Part shown: positions 39,257 to 48,476 of the stretch, in pieces
Layout of the letters: each line of letters begins with the position of its first letter
Position numbering within the stretch: position 1 is the stretch's first letter
Assembly (NCBI GenBank): GCA_963847705.1
Contig: CAWKBC010000047.1
Coordinates: 96,001 to 160,000, forward strand
Origin: an uncultured Pseudomonadota bacterium
Lineage (GTDB): Bacteria; Myxococcota_A; Polyangia; Fen-1088
Direction of reading: 5' to 3'
DNA: 64,000 nt
The notes under the pieces: generated by a model
Told to the model about the DNA's origin: nothing
Seen by the model: the letters and a program-made list of their open reading frames with translations, nothing else
Database searches by the model: none
Program-made: the position numbers and the translations under genes

Positions 39257-40657
39257 TCAGTCGGACTTCGGAAGATCGGAGCTGTTTGGTCCGCGGCGCT
39301 CGGCCGACTCATCGCTCAGCCACTTCGCGAGCGTCTTCCCGTCGACGCCGAGCTGATCGGCCGTGCGACCGCGCTGGCCACCGAACTGGGCAAGAGCCCA
39401 GGCAGCATAGCGGCGCTGCAGCTCGCGAAACGGAATGACGCCGCCCCGAAACTCCAGGTCGGAGGGAGGGCCGCCGCGTTCGATCTCGGTGGGGAGATCT
39501 TCCGGGCCAGCCTCCTCCTTCCGCGCCAGCAGCACCACCCGCTCGACCGTATGAGCCAGCTCGCGCACGTTGCCGGGCCAAGAGTAGGTCAGCAACAGCT
39601 TCAGGGCTCCCACGGTAAAACCACGCATTGGCGAATTTGAATGGCGCTCCCGAGCAAGCGTCAGGAAGTGACCCAGGATCGCCGGGATGTCCTCCCGGTG
39701 ATGGCGCAAGGCGGGAAGCGACACCGTGACGACATCGAGGCGATAGAGGAGGTCTTCCCGAAAGGAACCGGCCCGAACCGCGTCCTTGAGGTCGCGGTTC
39801 GTCGCCGCGACGATCCGCGCGTTGACCGCGCGCTCGCGCGTGGCGCCAACCGGGCGCACCGAGCCACTCTCCAGCACATGAAGCAGCTTCGATTGCAGCC
39901 CGATCGGCATCTCGCCGATCTCGTCCAAGAACAGGGTGCCGCCGTTCGCCTCGGCGAAGAGCCCGGGGCGATCGGCAGTGGCCCCGGTAAAGGCGCCCCG
40001 GACGTGGCCGAAGAGCTCGCTCTCCAGGAGCGCCTCCGGGATGGCAGCACAATTCACGTGGACGAAGGGCGCACCGCTCCGATGGCTTTCAGCATGAAGG
40101 GCCCGCCCGACCACGCCCTTGCCAGTTCCGGTTTCGCCGGTAATCAAGACCGGGACGTCGGTGTCGGCGACGCGTTCGATCACATCGATGACGGCCCGCA
40201 TGGCCGGCGTGTCGCCGATCAGGTTGGCGGCGGAGAACCTCTGCTTCAGGGTCTTCCGCAGGGCGGTCGCCTCGTGTCTCAACCGGTGCTCTTCGAGCGC
40301 GCGGGCCAGGAAGATCCGAAGCTCATCCAGCTTGAATGGCTTCGTGAGGTAGTGATAGGCGCCTTGCCGAATCGATTCGACCGCAGAATCGATCGCGCTG
40401 TAGGCGGTCATCACGATGACCGGCGGACCCGGGGCGACGCGACGAGAGGCAGCCAGGACGGCCAGACCGTCCACGCCCGGCATTCGCAGGTCGGTGACCA
40501 CTGCGTCGAGGGGCTCGGCCGCCAGCCGGTCGACGGCCTCCTGACCACCGGCAGCGATGACTGCGTCGTAGCCGTGCTCGGTGAGACCGTCGGCGATCGT
40601 CCGCGCCATTTCGACGTTGTCGTCGGCAATCAAGATTCGCGGCCGAGGACGATTCAT
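39257..40657 (-). CDS. NtrC-family sigma-54 response regulator
   Basis: REC (ILIADD, TDLRMP, KPF) + GETGTGK + GAFTGA + WPGNVREL + HTH. Confidence 0.95.
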   Translation of the reverse strand: MNRPRPRILIADDNVEMARTIADGLTEHGYDAVIAAGGQEAVDRLAAEPLDAVVTDLRMPGVDGLAVLAASRRVAPGPPVIVMTAYSAIDSAVESIRQGAYHYLTKPFKLDELRIFLARALEEHRLRHEATALRKTLKQRFSAANLIGDTPAMRAVIDVIERVADTDVPVLITGETGTGKGVVGRALHAESHRSGAPFVHVNCAAIPEALLESELFGHVRGAFTGATADRPGLFAEANGGTLFLDEIGEMPIGLQSKLLHVLESGSVRPVGATRERAVNARIVAATNRDLKDAVRAGSFREDLLYRLDVVTVSLPALRHHREDIPAILGHFLTLARERHSNSPMRGFTVGALKLLLTYSWPGNVRELAHTVERVVLLARKEEAGPEDLPTEIERGGPPSDLEFRGGVIPFRELQRRYAAWALAQFGGQRGRTADQLGVDGKTLAKWLSDESAERRGPNSSDLPKSD

Positions 40658-42084
40658 GCGTCGATTCTCCTCCGGTCGGCCGGGATCTCCACCACGGCGC
40701 TGGTTCCGCGCGGAAACCTGGGCGTGAGCGACAGGGTCCCCAGGTGACTCTTGACGATCTCGTTCGTGATTGCGAGACCGAGGCCCGTTCCTTCGCCGCT
40801 CGCCTTGGTCGTGAAGAACGGTTCCAGAACCCTCTCGGCATGTTCTTCCGAGATGCCAGAACCGTCGTCGACGACCGAGAAGCGGACCGCGCTGCCGTGC
40901 GCCTCGACGGAGAGGCGCACGTGTCCACCCGGGGCGCAGGCGTCGCAGGCGTTGAGAAGCAAGTTGACCAGCGCGCTCTCGATCAGGCGCGCATCACCGG
41001 TGATCGTCGGGAGGTCTTCGGAAACGTCGATCGCCAGCGGAATGCCTGCCTTGTCGAAACGGTGCTCCACGAGAGCTCGTGCTCCCTGCACCAGACCGAC
41101 GGCTGACAGATGGTCCGCCGTGACCCGATCGCCACGCGCCAATCCGAGGAGACCACGGATGACCTGACTGATCCGGTGCGTTTGATCCAGGATGGCCTGA
41201 ACGGCCGCATACCCGCGCTGGTCGTCGCGGACCTTTGGCAGGAGCTGCTCCGCCCGTCCAGCGATGACGCCCAGAGGTGTCGACACCTCGTGCGCGACGC
41301 CGATCGCCAGGGTTCCGAGCGAGGCGGCGCGGGTCGCCAATGCGAGCCGTTCGTCCTGTTCGTCGCGCAGGCTGGCGAGAGCCAGCTCCCGTTTGAGCTC
41401 CAGCTCCTTCCGTTGGTTTCGGAGAGCGACGACGCCGAAGACCAGCAATAGTCCCGTCGCCGTCAGCACACTGAGGATGGAGCGCGCTTGCGCCCAGCGA
41501 TCTCGGTCACGCTCGCGGAGCGCCGTGGCTGCGACCGCGATGGTCCAGCCGGCCAGTGGTCCCCGGGCGATCGTCGCCAAACCGACGAAAGCGGTCCGCG
41601 GCGGGAGGCCCAATTCACCCGCCTCCGGCCTCGAGAGATGGACAATTGCCTCTCCGCGCCGGGCAGCATCCACGATGCGGTCGGACGAAATCGAGCGCCC
41701 TTCGCTCGCTTCCAGGCGGGACCCGTCAGGCGGAAGCAGGAACAGCTTCAGCGCACCCTGCCTTTCGACGGCCGCCAGCTCGCGGGGAATGCGGCCGGCT
41801 GCCGCTTCCGGCAGGCCATCCGTCCGAAGGGCCAGAGCCGCCGCCATTCCGCGCGCAAGATTCACCTGCTCGTCCGCCAAATCGGCGAGCGCCGCGCGCG
41901 ACACGCGCACCGCATCCCAGTAGGCCAGGCCGCCCACGATTCCGATCGCGATCCCGACCGACCACAGGAGGCGCGACGTTCGAACCTGAGCGCCGTGGTC
42001 GCTCCCAGCGGTCTTCCCCGGATGAGTGGGCTCAGCTTTCGACCCGGATTCGCTCGCGTACATACTCGACTGCGAGCTTAGCAA
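40654..42084 (-). CDS. Membrane sensor histidine kinase
   Basis: Two TMs, AHEVSTPL, NLLLNA, DDGSGI, FFTTK..GTGLGL. Start uncertain. Confidence 0.92.
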   Translation of the reverse strand: MLSSQSSMYASESGSKAEPTHPGKTAGSDHGAQVRTSRLLWSVGIAIGIVGGLAYWDAVRVSRAALADLADEQVNLARGMAAALALRTDGLPEAAAGRIPRELAAVERQGALKLFLLPPDGSRLEASEGRSISSDRIVDAARRGEAIVHLSRPEAGELGLPPRTAFVGLATIARGPLAGWTIAVAATALRERDRDRWAQARSILSVLTATGLLLVFGVVALRNQRKELELKRELALASLRDEQDERLALATRAASLGTLAIGVAHEVSTPLGVIAGRAEQLLPKVRDDQRGYAAVQAILDQTHRISQVIRGLLGLARGDRVTADHLSAVGLVQGARALVEHRFDKAGIPLAIDVSEDLPTITGDARLIESALVNLLLNACDACAPGGHVRLSVEAHGSAVRFSVVDDGSGISEEHAERVLEPFFTTKASGEGTGLGLAITNEIVKSHLGTLSLTPRFPRGTSAVVEIPADRRRIDA

Positions 42085-42137
42085 GGTGTGGGCCGCGAAA
42101 CCGCCACGCAGAAGGCCGCCTTCATCTGATGGACAGC

Positions 42138-42174
42138 GGGACTATTTCCTCCTGCACCGGGAAAAATTCCGCCC
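42138..42174 (+). promoter_or_regulatory. Tandem upstream activator sites
   Basis: GGGACTATTTCCT-N8-GGGAAAAATTCCGCCC. Confidence 0.6.
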
Positions 42175-42223
42175 GCTTTGCGGTGACCAGGGGTCCCAGC
42201 GCTCGCTGACGCGGGTCATCCCG

Positions 42224-42240
42224 TGGGCATGGGCGTTGCT
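42224..42240 (+). promoter_or_regulatory. Sigma-54 -24/-12 promoter of the RND operon
   Basis: GGCATGGGCGTTGCT (GG-N10-GC). Confidence 0.62.
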
Positions 42241-42255
42241 TAGGTCGTTCGGACG

Positions 42256-43707
42256 ATGCCGAGTCGGACGCGCGCAGGGGCGCTATTGGGAGCGCTCGGG
42301 TTATTCAGTTCGGGATTCGCCGTGGCCGCCGGCACCGCCTCGGTACCAGATTCCTCGCCCGCAGCGCCCACTGTCACAAATCTCGGAATACCCCAGGCGC
42401 GCTCAATCACGCTCATCGAAGCACTCGCATTTGCACGCAGCCACCAGCCAGCGGTGCTCGCGTCCCTCGCACGCATCCGAACCGAGAAGGCGAACGCCGA
42501 GGTGTCGCGCGCGCAGTACTACCCGCTTCTCGGCCTGACCGCTCAGTTCCTGGAAGGCAGCACGAACAACACGACGGCTTCCTATCTGACCGATCCAGTC
42601 GTCGATCTGCCGCGGATCGGGGGCACCCCTTCGACAACCGGCGACAGCGCGACCTGGAAGCCCTACGCATCGACGCTCGTGGCCGCGGGTCTCAGCCAGG
42701 AGATCTTCGACTTTGGCCGGATCGCGGCCGAGGCCGCGGCAGCCGATGCGCGCGTGACCGTCGCCGCGCACGCCGCCGACACCCAGCTCCTCGACATCGA
42801 ATTGAACGTCGAGGAGGCGTTCTTCGCGGTCCATGCAGCGAAGTCGATCCTCCAGGCCTCCGAGGAGGCCTATCAGCGATCGCTGGTCCACCGAAACTTT
42901 GCCAGCGCAGGGGTCAAGTCGGGCCTCCGCTCGCCCATCGAGCTGACGCGCGCCGAGGCCGACCTCAGCCGCTTCGACACCGGACGGATCCGCGCGCGCG
43001 GCGGTCTCGCGGTCGCTCGCACGGTTCTGGCCGCAGCGGTCGGCTCGTCGGAGCTGGCACTCGATGCGGCCGACGAGGCGCCCAAGGCCGCCGATCTGCC
43101 GACGCTCTCGAACGCCATTCAGCTCGCCTCGGAACGTGACCCGCGCTTGCAAGAGGCGCTGGCACGGCTGCACCAGCAAGAGCTCGCCACACGAGCGGTG
43201 AGTGCCCTGGCGCGGCCAGACATCCACCTCTCCGCCGCGATCTCAGGCCGGGCCGGCGGGGCCATGCCCAGCAACGGCGGCCAAGAGGCCTCGGGAAGCG
43301 GGTACCTCCCGAACGTGCCCAACTGGGACGGCGCGCTGGTTCTGAGCTGGCCGCTCTTCGATCCGATCATCAACGCCCGCCAGAGGGCTTCGCGCGTTGC
43401 CGAGGAGATCCAGCGGTCCGAGATCGATCTGGTTCGACAACAGGTCGTGGCCTCGGTCGAACAGGCCTACGTGGGCGTCTCCGTGGCGCGGGAGGCGCTC
43501 CCCTCGCTGCAACACGAGCTCGAAGCCGCGCAAGCGAACTACGCTCAGGCGGACGCCCGGTTCAAGGCCGGGCTCGGCACCAGCGTCGAGCTGGCCGACG
43601 CCGAGGCGCTGCGGGCCGACGCCGACATCCGGCTGGCTATCGGCGTCTTCGATCTGGCCAAGGCCCGCGCGGCCTTCGGGCGCGCCATCGCCGAAGGCAT
43701 CAGATGA
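42256..43707 (+). CDS. TolC-family outer membrane factor
   Basis: Signal peptide; IFDFGR, WPLFD, RFKAGLGTSVELADAE. Confidence 0.9.
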   Translation: MPSRTRAGALLGALGLFSSGFAVAAGTASVPDSSPAAPTVTNLGIPQARSITLIEALAFARSHQPAVLASLARIRTEKANAEVSRAQYYPLLGLTAQFLEGSTNNTTASYLTDPVVDLPRIGGTPSTTGDSATWKPYASTLVAAGLSQEIFDFGRIAAEAAAADARVTVAAHAADTQLLDIELNVEEAFFAVHAAKSILQASEEAYQRSLVHRNFASAGVKSGLRSPIELTRAEADLSRFDTGRIRARGGLAVARTVLAAAVGSSELALDAADEAPKAADLPTLSNAIQLASERDPRLQEALARLHQQELATRAVSALARPDIHLSAAISGRAGGAMPSNGGQEASGSGYLPNVPNWDGALVLSWPLFDPIINARQRASRVAEEIQRSEIDLVRQQVVASVEQAYVGVSVAREALPSLQHELEAAQANYAQADARFKAGLGTSVELADAEALRADADIRLAIGVFDLAKARAAFGRAIAEGIR

Positions 43708-44906
43708 CCGACCAGAGAGAATCAAGGAGCCCGGGAAGCGAACCTCACGGACGATCGAGGCTGCCGGTGGCGATTGGGGTCTCGGCAATCGCGATTGTCC
43801 TGGTGGGCGGTCTGATGGCGTGGCGTGCCGACGCGCGCACCAACAAGATCGCGCTCGCCGCCCGTCCGAAACCGGTGACGGCGGTCCGGGCCAAACGGGC
43901 GCTCTACCGTTCGACGCGCACCTATGTCGGTACGCTGCAGCCCTGGCTTCAGGCCAACGTCGGACCGCAGCTCGTCTCCGCCTACGTCGACACCGTGCTG
44001 GTGCGCCCCGGCGCGGTGGTCAAGAAGGGTGAAGTTCTCGCGACGCTCGACTGTCGCGAGGCCAGCGCCGCCACCAAAGCCGTCGCCGCCCGTGCGCGGG
44101 CGCTCGACGCCCGACAGCAAGCGGTCGAGCACGAGGCTGCCCGAACGCAGGGGCTCTTGAACGGGGGCTTCGTCTCCCCGAACGAAGCGGAACAGAAGAA
44201 CGCCCAGAGCGCGTCAGAGGCCGCGCAGGTCGACTCCGAGCGGGCCAACCTGGCTCGCAGCTCGCTCGACGTCAACGACTGCATCATGCGCGCGCCGTTC
44301 AACGGTGAGATCGCGCAACGGTTGATCGACCCGGGCGCCTTCGTCCGTCCGGGAACCACCATCGTGAGGGTGATCGATCGCGACACCGTCCGCATGACGG
44401 CTGACGCCCCGGAGATGGACTTCGACGTGGTTCCCGCGGGCACCAGGGTCGCGGTCCACGTCTACGCGACGAAGCGAGACCTCCCAGGCACGATCACCCG
44501 GCGCTCGCCGGCCGCCGATCCGTCGACCCGCACGGTGCACTTCGAGGTCGATCTGCCCGATCCGACCCGCGCCATTCCGGTGGGCACGACCGGCGAGGTT
44601 CGCATCGAGGTCGGTGCTCCAGTGCCCGCAACCGAGGTCCCGCTCTACGCCGCGACCGTGCGCGGGGACGAGGCGACCGTCTTCGTCGTCGACCACGGTG
44701 TGGCGCAAGCACGGACGGTGGCAGTGAAGGGCGAAGCGCAAGGCTCGCTGTTCTTGGATTCGGTGCTGGCGCCGGGGGCATTCGTCGTCACCGAGGGCCG
44801 GGCACTCCTGGTCAACGGCGACCGAGTCGACCTCAAAGAGGAGCCCAAGCTGGGACCGACGGTGACCACACGCCGACCGGCGGGAGCCGAACGAGAAGGC
44901 CGATGA
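43704..44906 (+). CDS. RND periplasmic adaptor subunit
   Basis: V.PG..VKKGEVLATLD, RAPFNGEI, ADPSTRT. Confidence 0.9.
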   Translation: MTDQRESRSPGSEPHGRSRLPVAIGVSAIAIVLVGGLMAWRADARTNKIALAARPKPVTAVRAKRALYRSTRTYVGTLQPWLQANVGPQLVSAYVDTVLVRPGAVVKKGEVLATLDCREASAATKAVAARARALDARQQAVEHEAARTQGLLNGGFVSPNEAEQKNAQSASEAAQVDSERANLARSSLDVNDCIMRAPFNGEIAQRLIDPGAFVRPGTTIVRVIDRDTVRMTADAPEMDFDVVPAGTRVAVHVYATKRDLPGTITRRSPAADPSTRTVHFEVDLPDPTRAIPVGTTGEVRIEVGAPVPATEVPLYAATVRGDEATVFVVDHGVAQARTVAVKGEAQGSLFLDSVLAPGAFVVTEGRALLVNGDRVDLKEEPKLGPTVTTRRPAGAEREGR

Positions 44907-47900
44907 CCTCGCTGTCGCTCCGCAATCCGATCGCCATCCTCATGATCTGCGTCGGGCTCGTCGTGTTTGCGGCCGTGGTCACGCCGCGGATGAGCGTGGA
45001 CACCTTCCCCGAGCTGACCCCCCCCGTCCTCATCATCGGTACTCTGTGCCCCGGCCTCGGACCGAAGGACGTCGAGAAGACCATCAGCTGGCGTCTCGAG
45101 AAGTACGTGTCGGCGACACCGGGCGTCGATCACGTCGAGAGCGCCTCGCGGAACAGCCTTTCGATCATCTACGTCTGGCTGAAGTGGGGCACCGATCTCA
45201 ACGGCGCGCAGACGTTGGTGCAGCAGCAGGCCGCCTTCGCGATGGCGGCGGTTCCCAAATCGCTCGGCGTGCTGCCCCCCTTCGTCCTCCAGTACGATCC
45301 TTCGAACGCGCCGGTCATCCAGGTGGTCGTGTCGGGCGCCGGCTACACCGGCCCCCAGCTCTACGACTACGCGTTCAACAGCGTCGAGCCGCTGCTGGAA
45401 GGGATCGCCGGCGTCGCCAGCGCGGCGCCCGACGGAGGGCGGATGCGCCAGATCAACGTGGTCGTCGATCCTGTGCGCGCCCAGGCGCGGAACGTCACCA
45501 CGGCAGACGTCTCGGCCGCGGTCGCGAAGTCGAATGCGCTGCTCCCCTCGGGCGAGCTGATCTCGCCGAAGTTCGACGCCAACGTCTACACCAACGCCAT
45601 CCCGGCCCGGGTGAGGGACATTGGTGACGCGCCGGTGAAGATCGAGGGCGCGATCCCGGTCCTCATCCGGGACGTGGCGCAGGTCGATGACGGCGGAACT
45701 CCCCCCACGCAGTCCGTTTCGGTCAACGGCCGGGACGCTGTCTACCTCAACGTCCTTCGCGTTCCGGGGGGCAACACCTTGGAGATCGTGGACGCCGTCC
45801 GCAAGGTGGTGGCCAATCTCCACGATCTGCCGCCCGGGATGACGGTCAAGGCGTTCTTCGACCAGTCGACCTTCGTTCGTACGACCTACCACGGGCTCAA
45901 GAAGGAGATCGTTCAGGCGCTGGTTCTCATCGGGATCGTCATCCTGCTCTTCCTGCAGAGTGCCCGGGGAACGCTGATCGTGTCCGTCGCCATTCCGCTG
46001 TCATTCGCCATCACCCTGCTGGTCCTCTATGCGGCGGGGCAGACGCTGAATGCCTTCACGCTCGGGGGCCTGACGTTGGCGATGGGCCGGCTGGTCGACG
46101 ACGCGGTCGTCGTCCTGGAGTCGATCCACCGTCACCAGCGGATGGGCCTCGACAACCGCGAAGCCGCCCTGCGAGGCGCCAACGCTGTCGCGCTCCCGGT
46201 GTTGGCCTCCACGCTGACGACCATGGCGGTCCTCCTGCCCGTGCTGCTCCTGGCGGGGCTCGCCAAGAAGCTCTTTGCGCCGTTGGCGCTCACGGTGGCC
46301 GTCGCCATGATCGCCTCCTACTTCGTGAGCATGGCGGTGACGCCGGTCGCCTGTCGCTACTTTCTCGGACACGCCGAGCGCGGAGAGCTCGGCCGGCGGG
46401 TGGAGGGCCTGGTCGACCAGATCGCCACCGGCTACTCCCAGCTTTTGCGCCGTGTTCTCCCCTTCCGGCGAACCGTGCTCGCGTCCGCGGCGCTGCTCGT
46501 ATTGGGCAGCGTCTGGGCGGCCGCTCGCCTTCCAAGCACCTTCTTCCCCGAGATCGACGAGGGGATGGACATGATCTACGTCCGCTTCACGCCGGGCATC
46601 TCGCTCACCGACGCCGCTCAGCAGCTGAACGCGATGGGCGAAGCGCTCTCGCGCGAGCTGCCGAAAGGCAGCGTCCAGATGGTCATCGCCAACATCGGCA
46701 CGCCCCAAAACGCGCGCGCGGCCATCATCAGCCCGAACGTCGGGCCCCACACCGGCTTCCTGCGTTTGGCGTTTTCCGAGCCCGAGGAGCGCAGTCTGTC
46801 GCAGTCCGAGCTGGCGGTTCGGGCGCGCGCCATCCTCACCCGCGAATTTCCGGGCGTCGAAGCGCTGCAGTACCCCGGCGGGCTGGTCGCCAGCGTCTTC
46901 GCCAACGGGTACACCGCCCCCTTGGTTGTCGAGGTGCGCGGCGAGAAGCTCGAGGAGCTCGACGCCCGAGCCAAGGCGATCGCCGAGGTGGCGCGGACCG
47001 TCCCCGGCATCCGCGACGTCCGCTCGTCGCTGCAGATGGACTACCCCGAGATTCACGTCGACACCGATCGCGAGAAGGCCGGCCTGGTCGGCATCAATCT
47101 GCAGAGCGCGGCTCAGACGACGCTGGAGGCCACTCTCGGCAACATCAACACGCCGAGCGTCTGGATCGACCCGGACAACGGGCAGTCCTATTACGTGGTG
47201 ACCTCCTACGCCGGCGTCGACGACCTCCGGGCCCTCGCGCAACTGCCCGTCCGGGTGAGCAACACCGGCCAGCCGGTGATTCTGGGGGCCTATGGCCAAA
47301 TCAGGCGCGCGTTGGGACCGATCGCCGTCGAGCGCAACCAACTCGAACGCGCCGCGCACATCTTGATGCAGACGGAGGGGCGAGACATCGGCAGCGTTTC
47401 AAACGAGCTCGAGCGCGCTCTGCACGCCGATGCGCGTACGCGCGACATTCCTTTCGACTACGTCGGACAGGTGCAGCTCATGCGCACGACCTTTTCGGGA
47501 CTGGGCCTGGCGCTGGGGCTCGCCGTCATGGTCGTCTTCATGATCATGGCGTCGCAGTTCAAGTCGCTCCGGCTGCCGTTCGTCATGCTGTTCACCATTC
47601 CGGTCTCGCTGGTCGGGATCGTCCTGGCGCTGATGGCGGCCGGCCAGGGATTCTCCATCACGGCGCTGATGGGGATTCTGATGGTGATCGGAATCGCGGT
47701 CTCCAACGGAATTCTGCTGGTCGACGACGCCAACCGCCGGCTCGGCGAAGGGGTGGAGATGATCGACGCGATCGTGGCGGCCGCGCGCTCGCGGTTCGTC
47801 CCCATCGCGATGACCAGCCTGGCGACCGTGGTCGGGTTGATCCCCACCGCGCTCGGCCTCGATCGCGGCTCCGAGGCGAATCAGCCGCTGGCGCTTGCCG

Positions 47901-48034
47901 TCGTGGGCGGCCTCACCTCTTCGACGATTCTCTCGCTGTTCCTGGTCCCGGTGATGTTCCTGTTCTTCGCGCCCAGGCCGGTCGAGGAGAGCGAAGCCGC
48001 GCCCGGGGCACCACTCGTCGAGGCACACCCCTGA
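44903..48034 (+). CDS. RND efflux permease (AcrB/AcrD/AcrF family)
   Basis: GRLVDDAVVVLE, VSNGILLVD, RFVPIAMTSLAT; 1043 aa. Confidence 0.95.
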   Translation: MTSLSLRNPIAILMICVGLVVFAAVVTPRMSVDTFPELTPPVLIIGTLCPGLGPKDVEKTISWRLEKYVSATPGVDHVESASRNSLSIIYVWLKWGTDLNGAQTLVQQQAAFAMAAVPKSLGVLPPFVLQYDPSNAPVIQVVVSGAGYTGPQLYDYAFNSVEPLLEGIAGVASAAPDGGRMRQINVVVDPVRAQARNVTTADVSAAVAKSNALLPSGELISPKFDANVYTNAIPARVRDIGDAPVKIEGAIPVLIRDVAQVDDGGTPPTQSVSVNGRDAVYLNVLRVPGGNTLEIVDAVRKVVANLHDLPPGMTVKAFFDQSTFVRTTYHGLKKEIVQALVLIGIVILLFLQSARGTLIVSVAIPLSFAITLLVLYAAGQTLNAFTLGGLTLAMGRLVDDAVVVLESIHRHQRMGLDNREAALRGANAVALPVLASTLTTMAVLLPVLLLAGLAKKLFAPLALTVAVAMIASYFVSMAVTPVACRYFLGHAERGELGRRVEGLVDQIATGYSQLLRRVLPFRRTVLASAALLVLGSVWAAARLPSTFFPEIDEGMDMIYVRFTPGISLTDAAQQLNAMGEALSRELPKGSVQMVIANIGTPQNARAAIISPNVGPHTGFLRLAFSEPEERSLSQSELAVRARAILTREFPGVEALQYPGGLVASVFANGYTAPLVVEVRGEKLEELDARAKAIAEVARTVPGIRDVRSSLQMDYPEIHVDTDREKAGLVGINLQSAAQTTLEATLGNINTPSVWIDPDNGQSYYVVTSYAGVDDLRALAQLPVRVSNTGQPVILGAYGQIRRALGPIAVERNQLERAAHILMQTEGRDIGSVSNELERALHADARTRDIPFDYVGQVQLMRTTFSGLGLALGLAVMVVFMIMASQFKSLRLPFVMLFTIPVSLVGIVLALMAAGQGFSITALMGILMVIGIAVSNGILLVDDANRRLGEGVEMIDAIVAAARSRFVPIAMTSLATVVGLIPTALGLDRGSEANQPLALAVVGGLTSSTILSLFLVPVMFLFFAPRPVEESEAAPGAPLVEAHP

Positions 48035-48101
48035 GACGGACGCGGATCCACCGCGGCCAGTCGGCCGAGGCGGATCCGCTCGATCTCGGACAGACCAGAG
48101 A

Positions 48102-48419
48102 TCAGGCGCCGGCAGCACCCCCGGCGCCGCCCGCAGCGCCGCCCCCCGCTCCTGCGACGCCCGCGCCGCCGCCACCACCCGCACCAGCGCCGCCCGCACC
48201 GGCCGAACCGCCGCCGGCACCGGCCACACCACCGCCAGCGCCGGCATGACCTCCACCGGCTCCAGCCGTTCCTGCGCTGGCGCCTCCGGCTCCGCCCGCC
48301 GCAGGCGTGATCTTGCCGTCGGAGTTGACGTCGCTGCTGCACCCCATCGTCCCGAGGCAAACTGTGACTGACCCAGCCAGAAAAGCGCCGGCGAGAACGT
48401 TTCGGAGGATCCTTGGCAT
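48102..48419 (-). CDS. Small Gly/Ala-rich lipoprotein
   Basis: AAGGA RBS, MPRILRN..TMG-CSSD, then GGAGG repeats. Confidence 0.7.
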   Translation of the reverse strand: MPRILRNVLAGAFLAGSVTVCLGTMGCSSDVNSDGKITPAAGGAGGASAGTAGAGGGHAGAGGGVAGAGGGSAGAGGAGAGGGGGAGVAGAGGGAAGGAGGAAGA

Positions 48420-48476
48420 TGGCTGTCCTTTTCGTTGACGAGGTCGGTAACTGAACGTGTTCATGTGAAGCACAGG

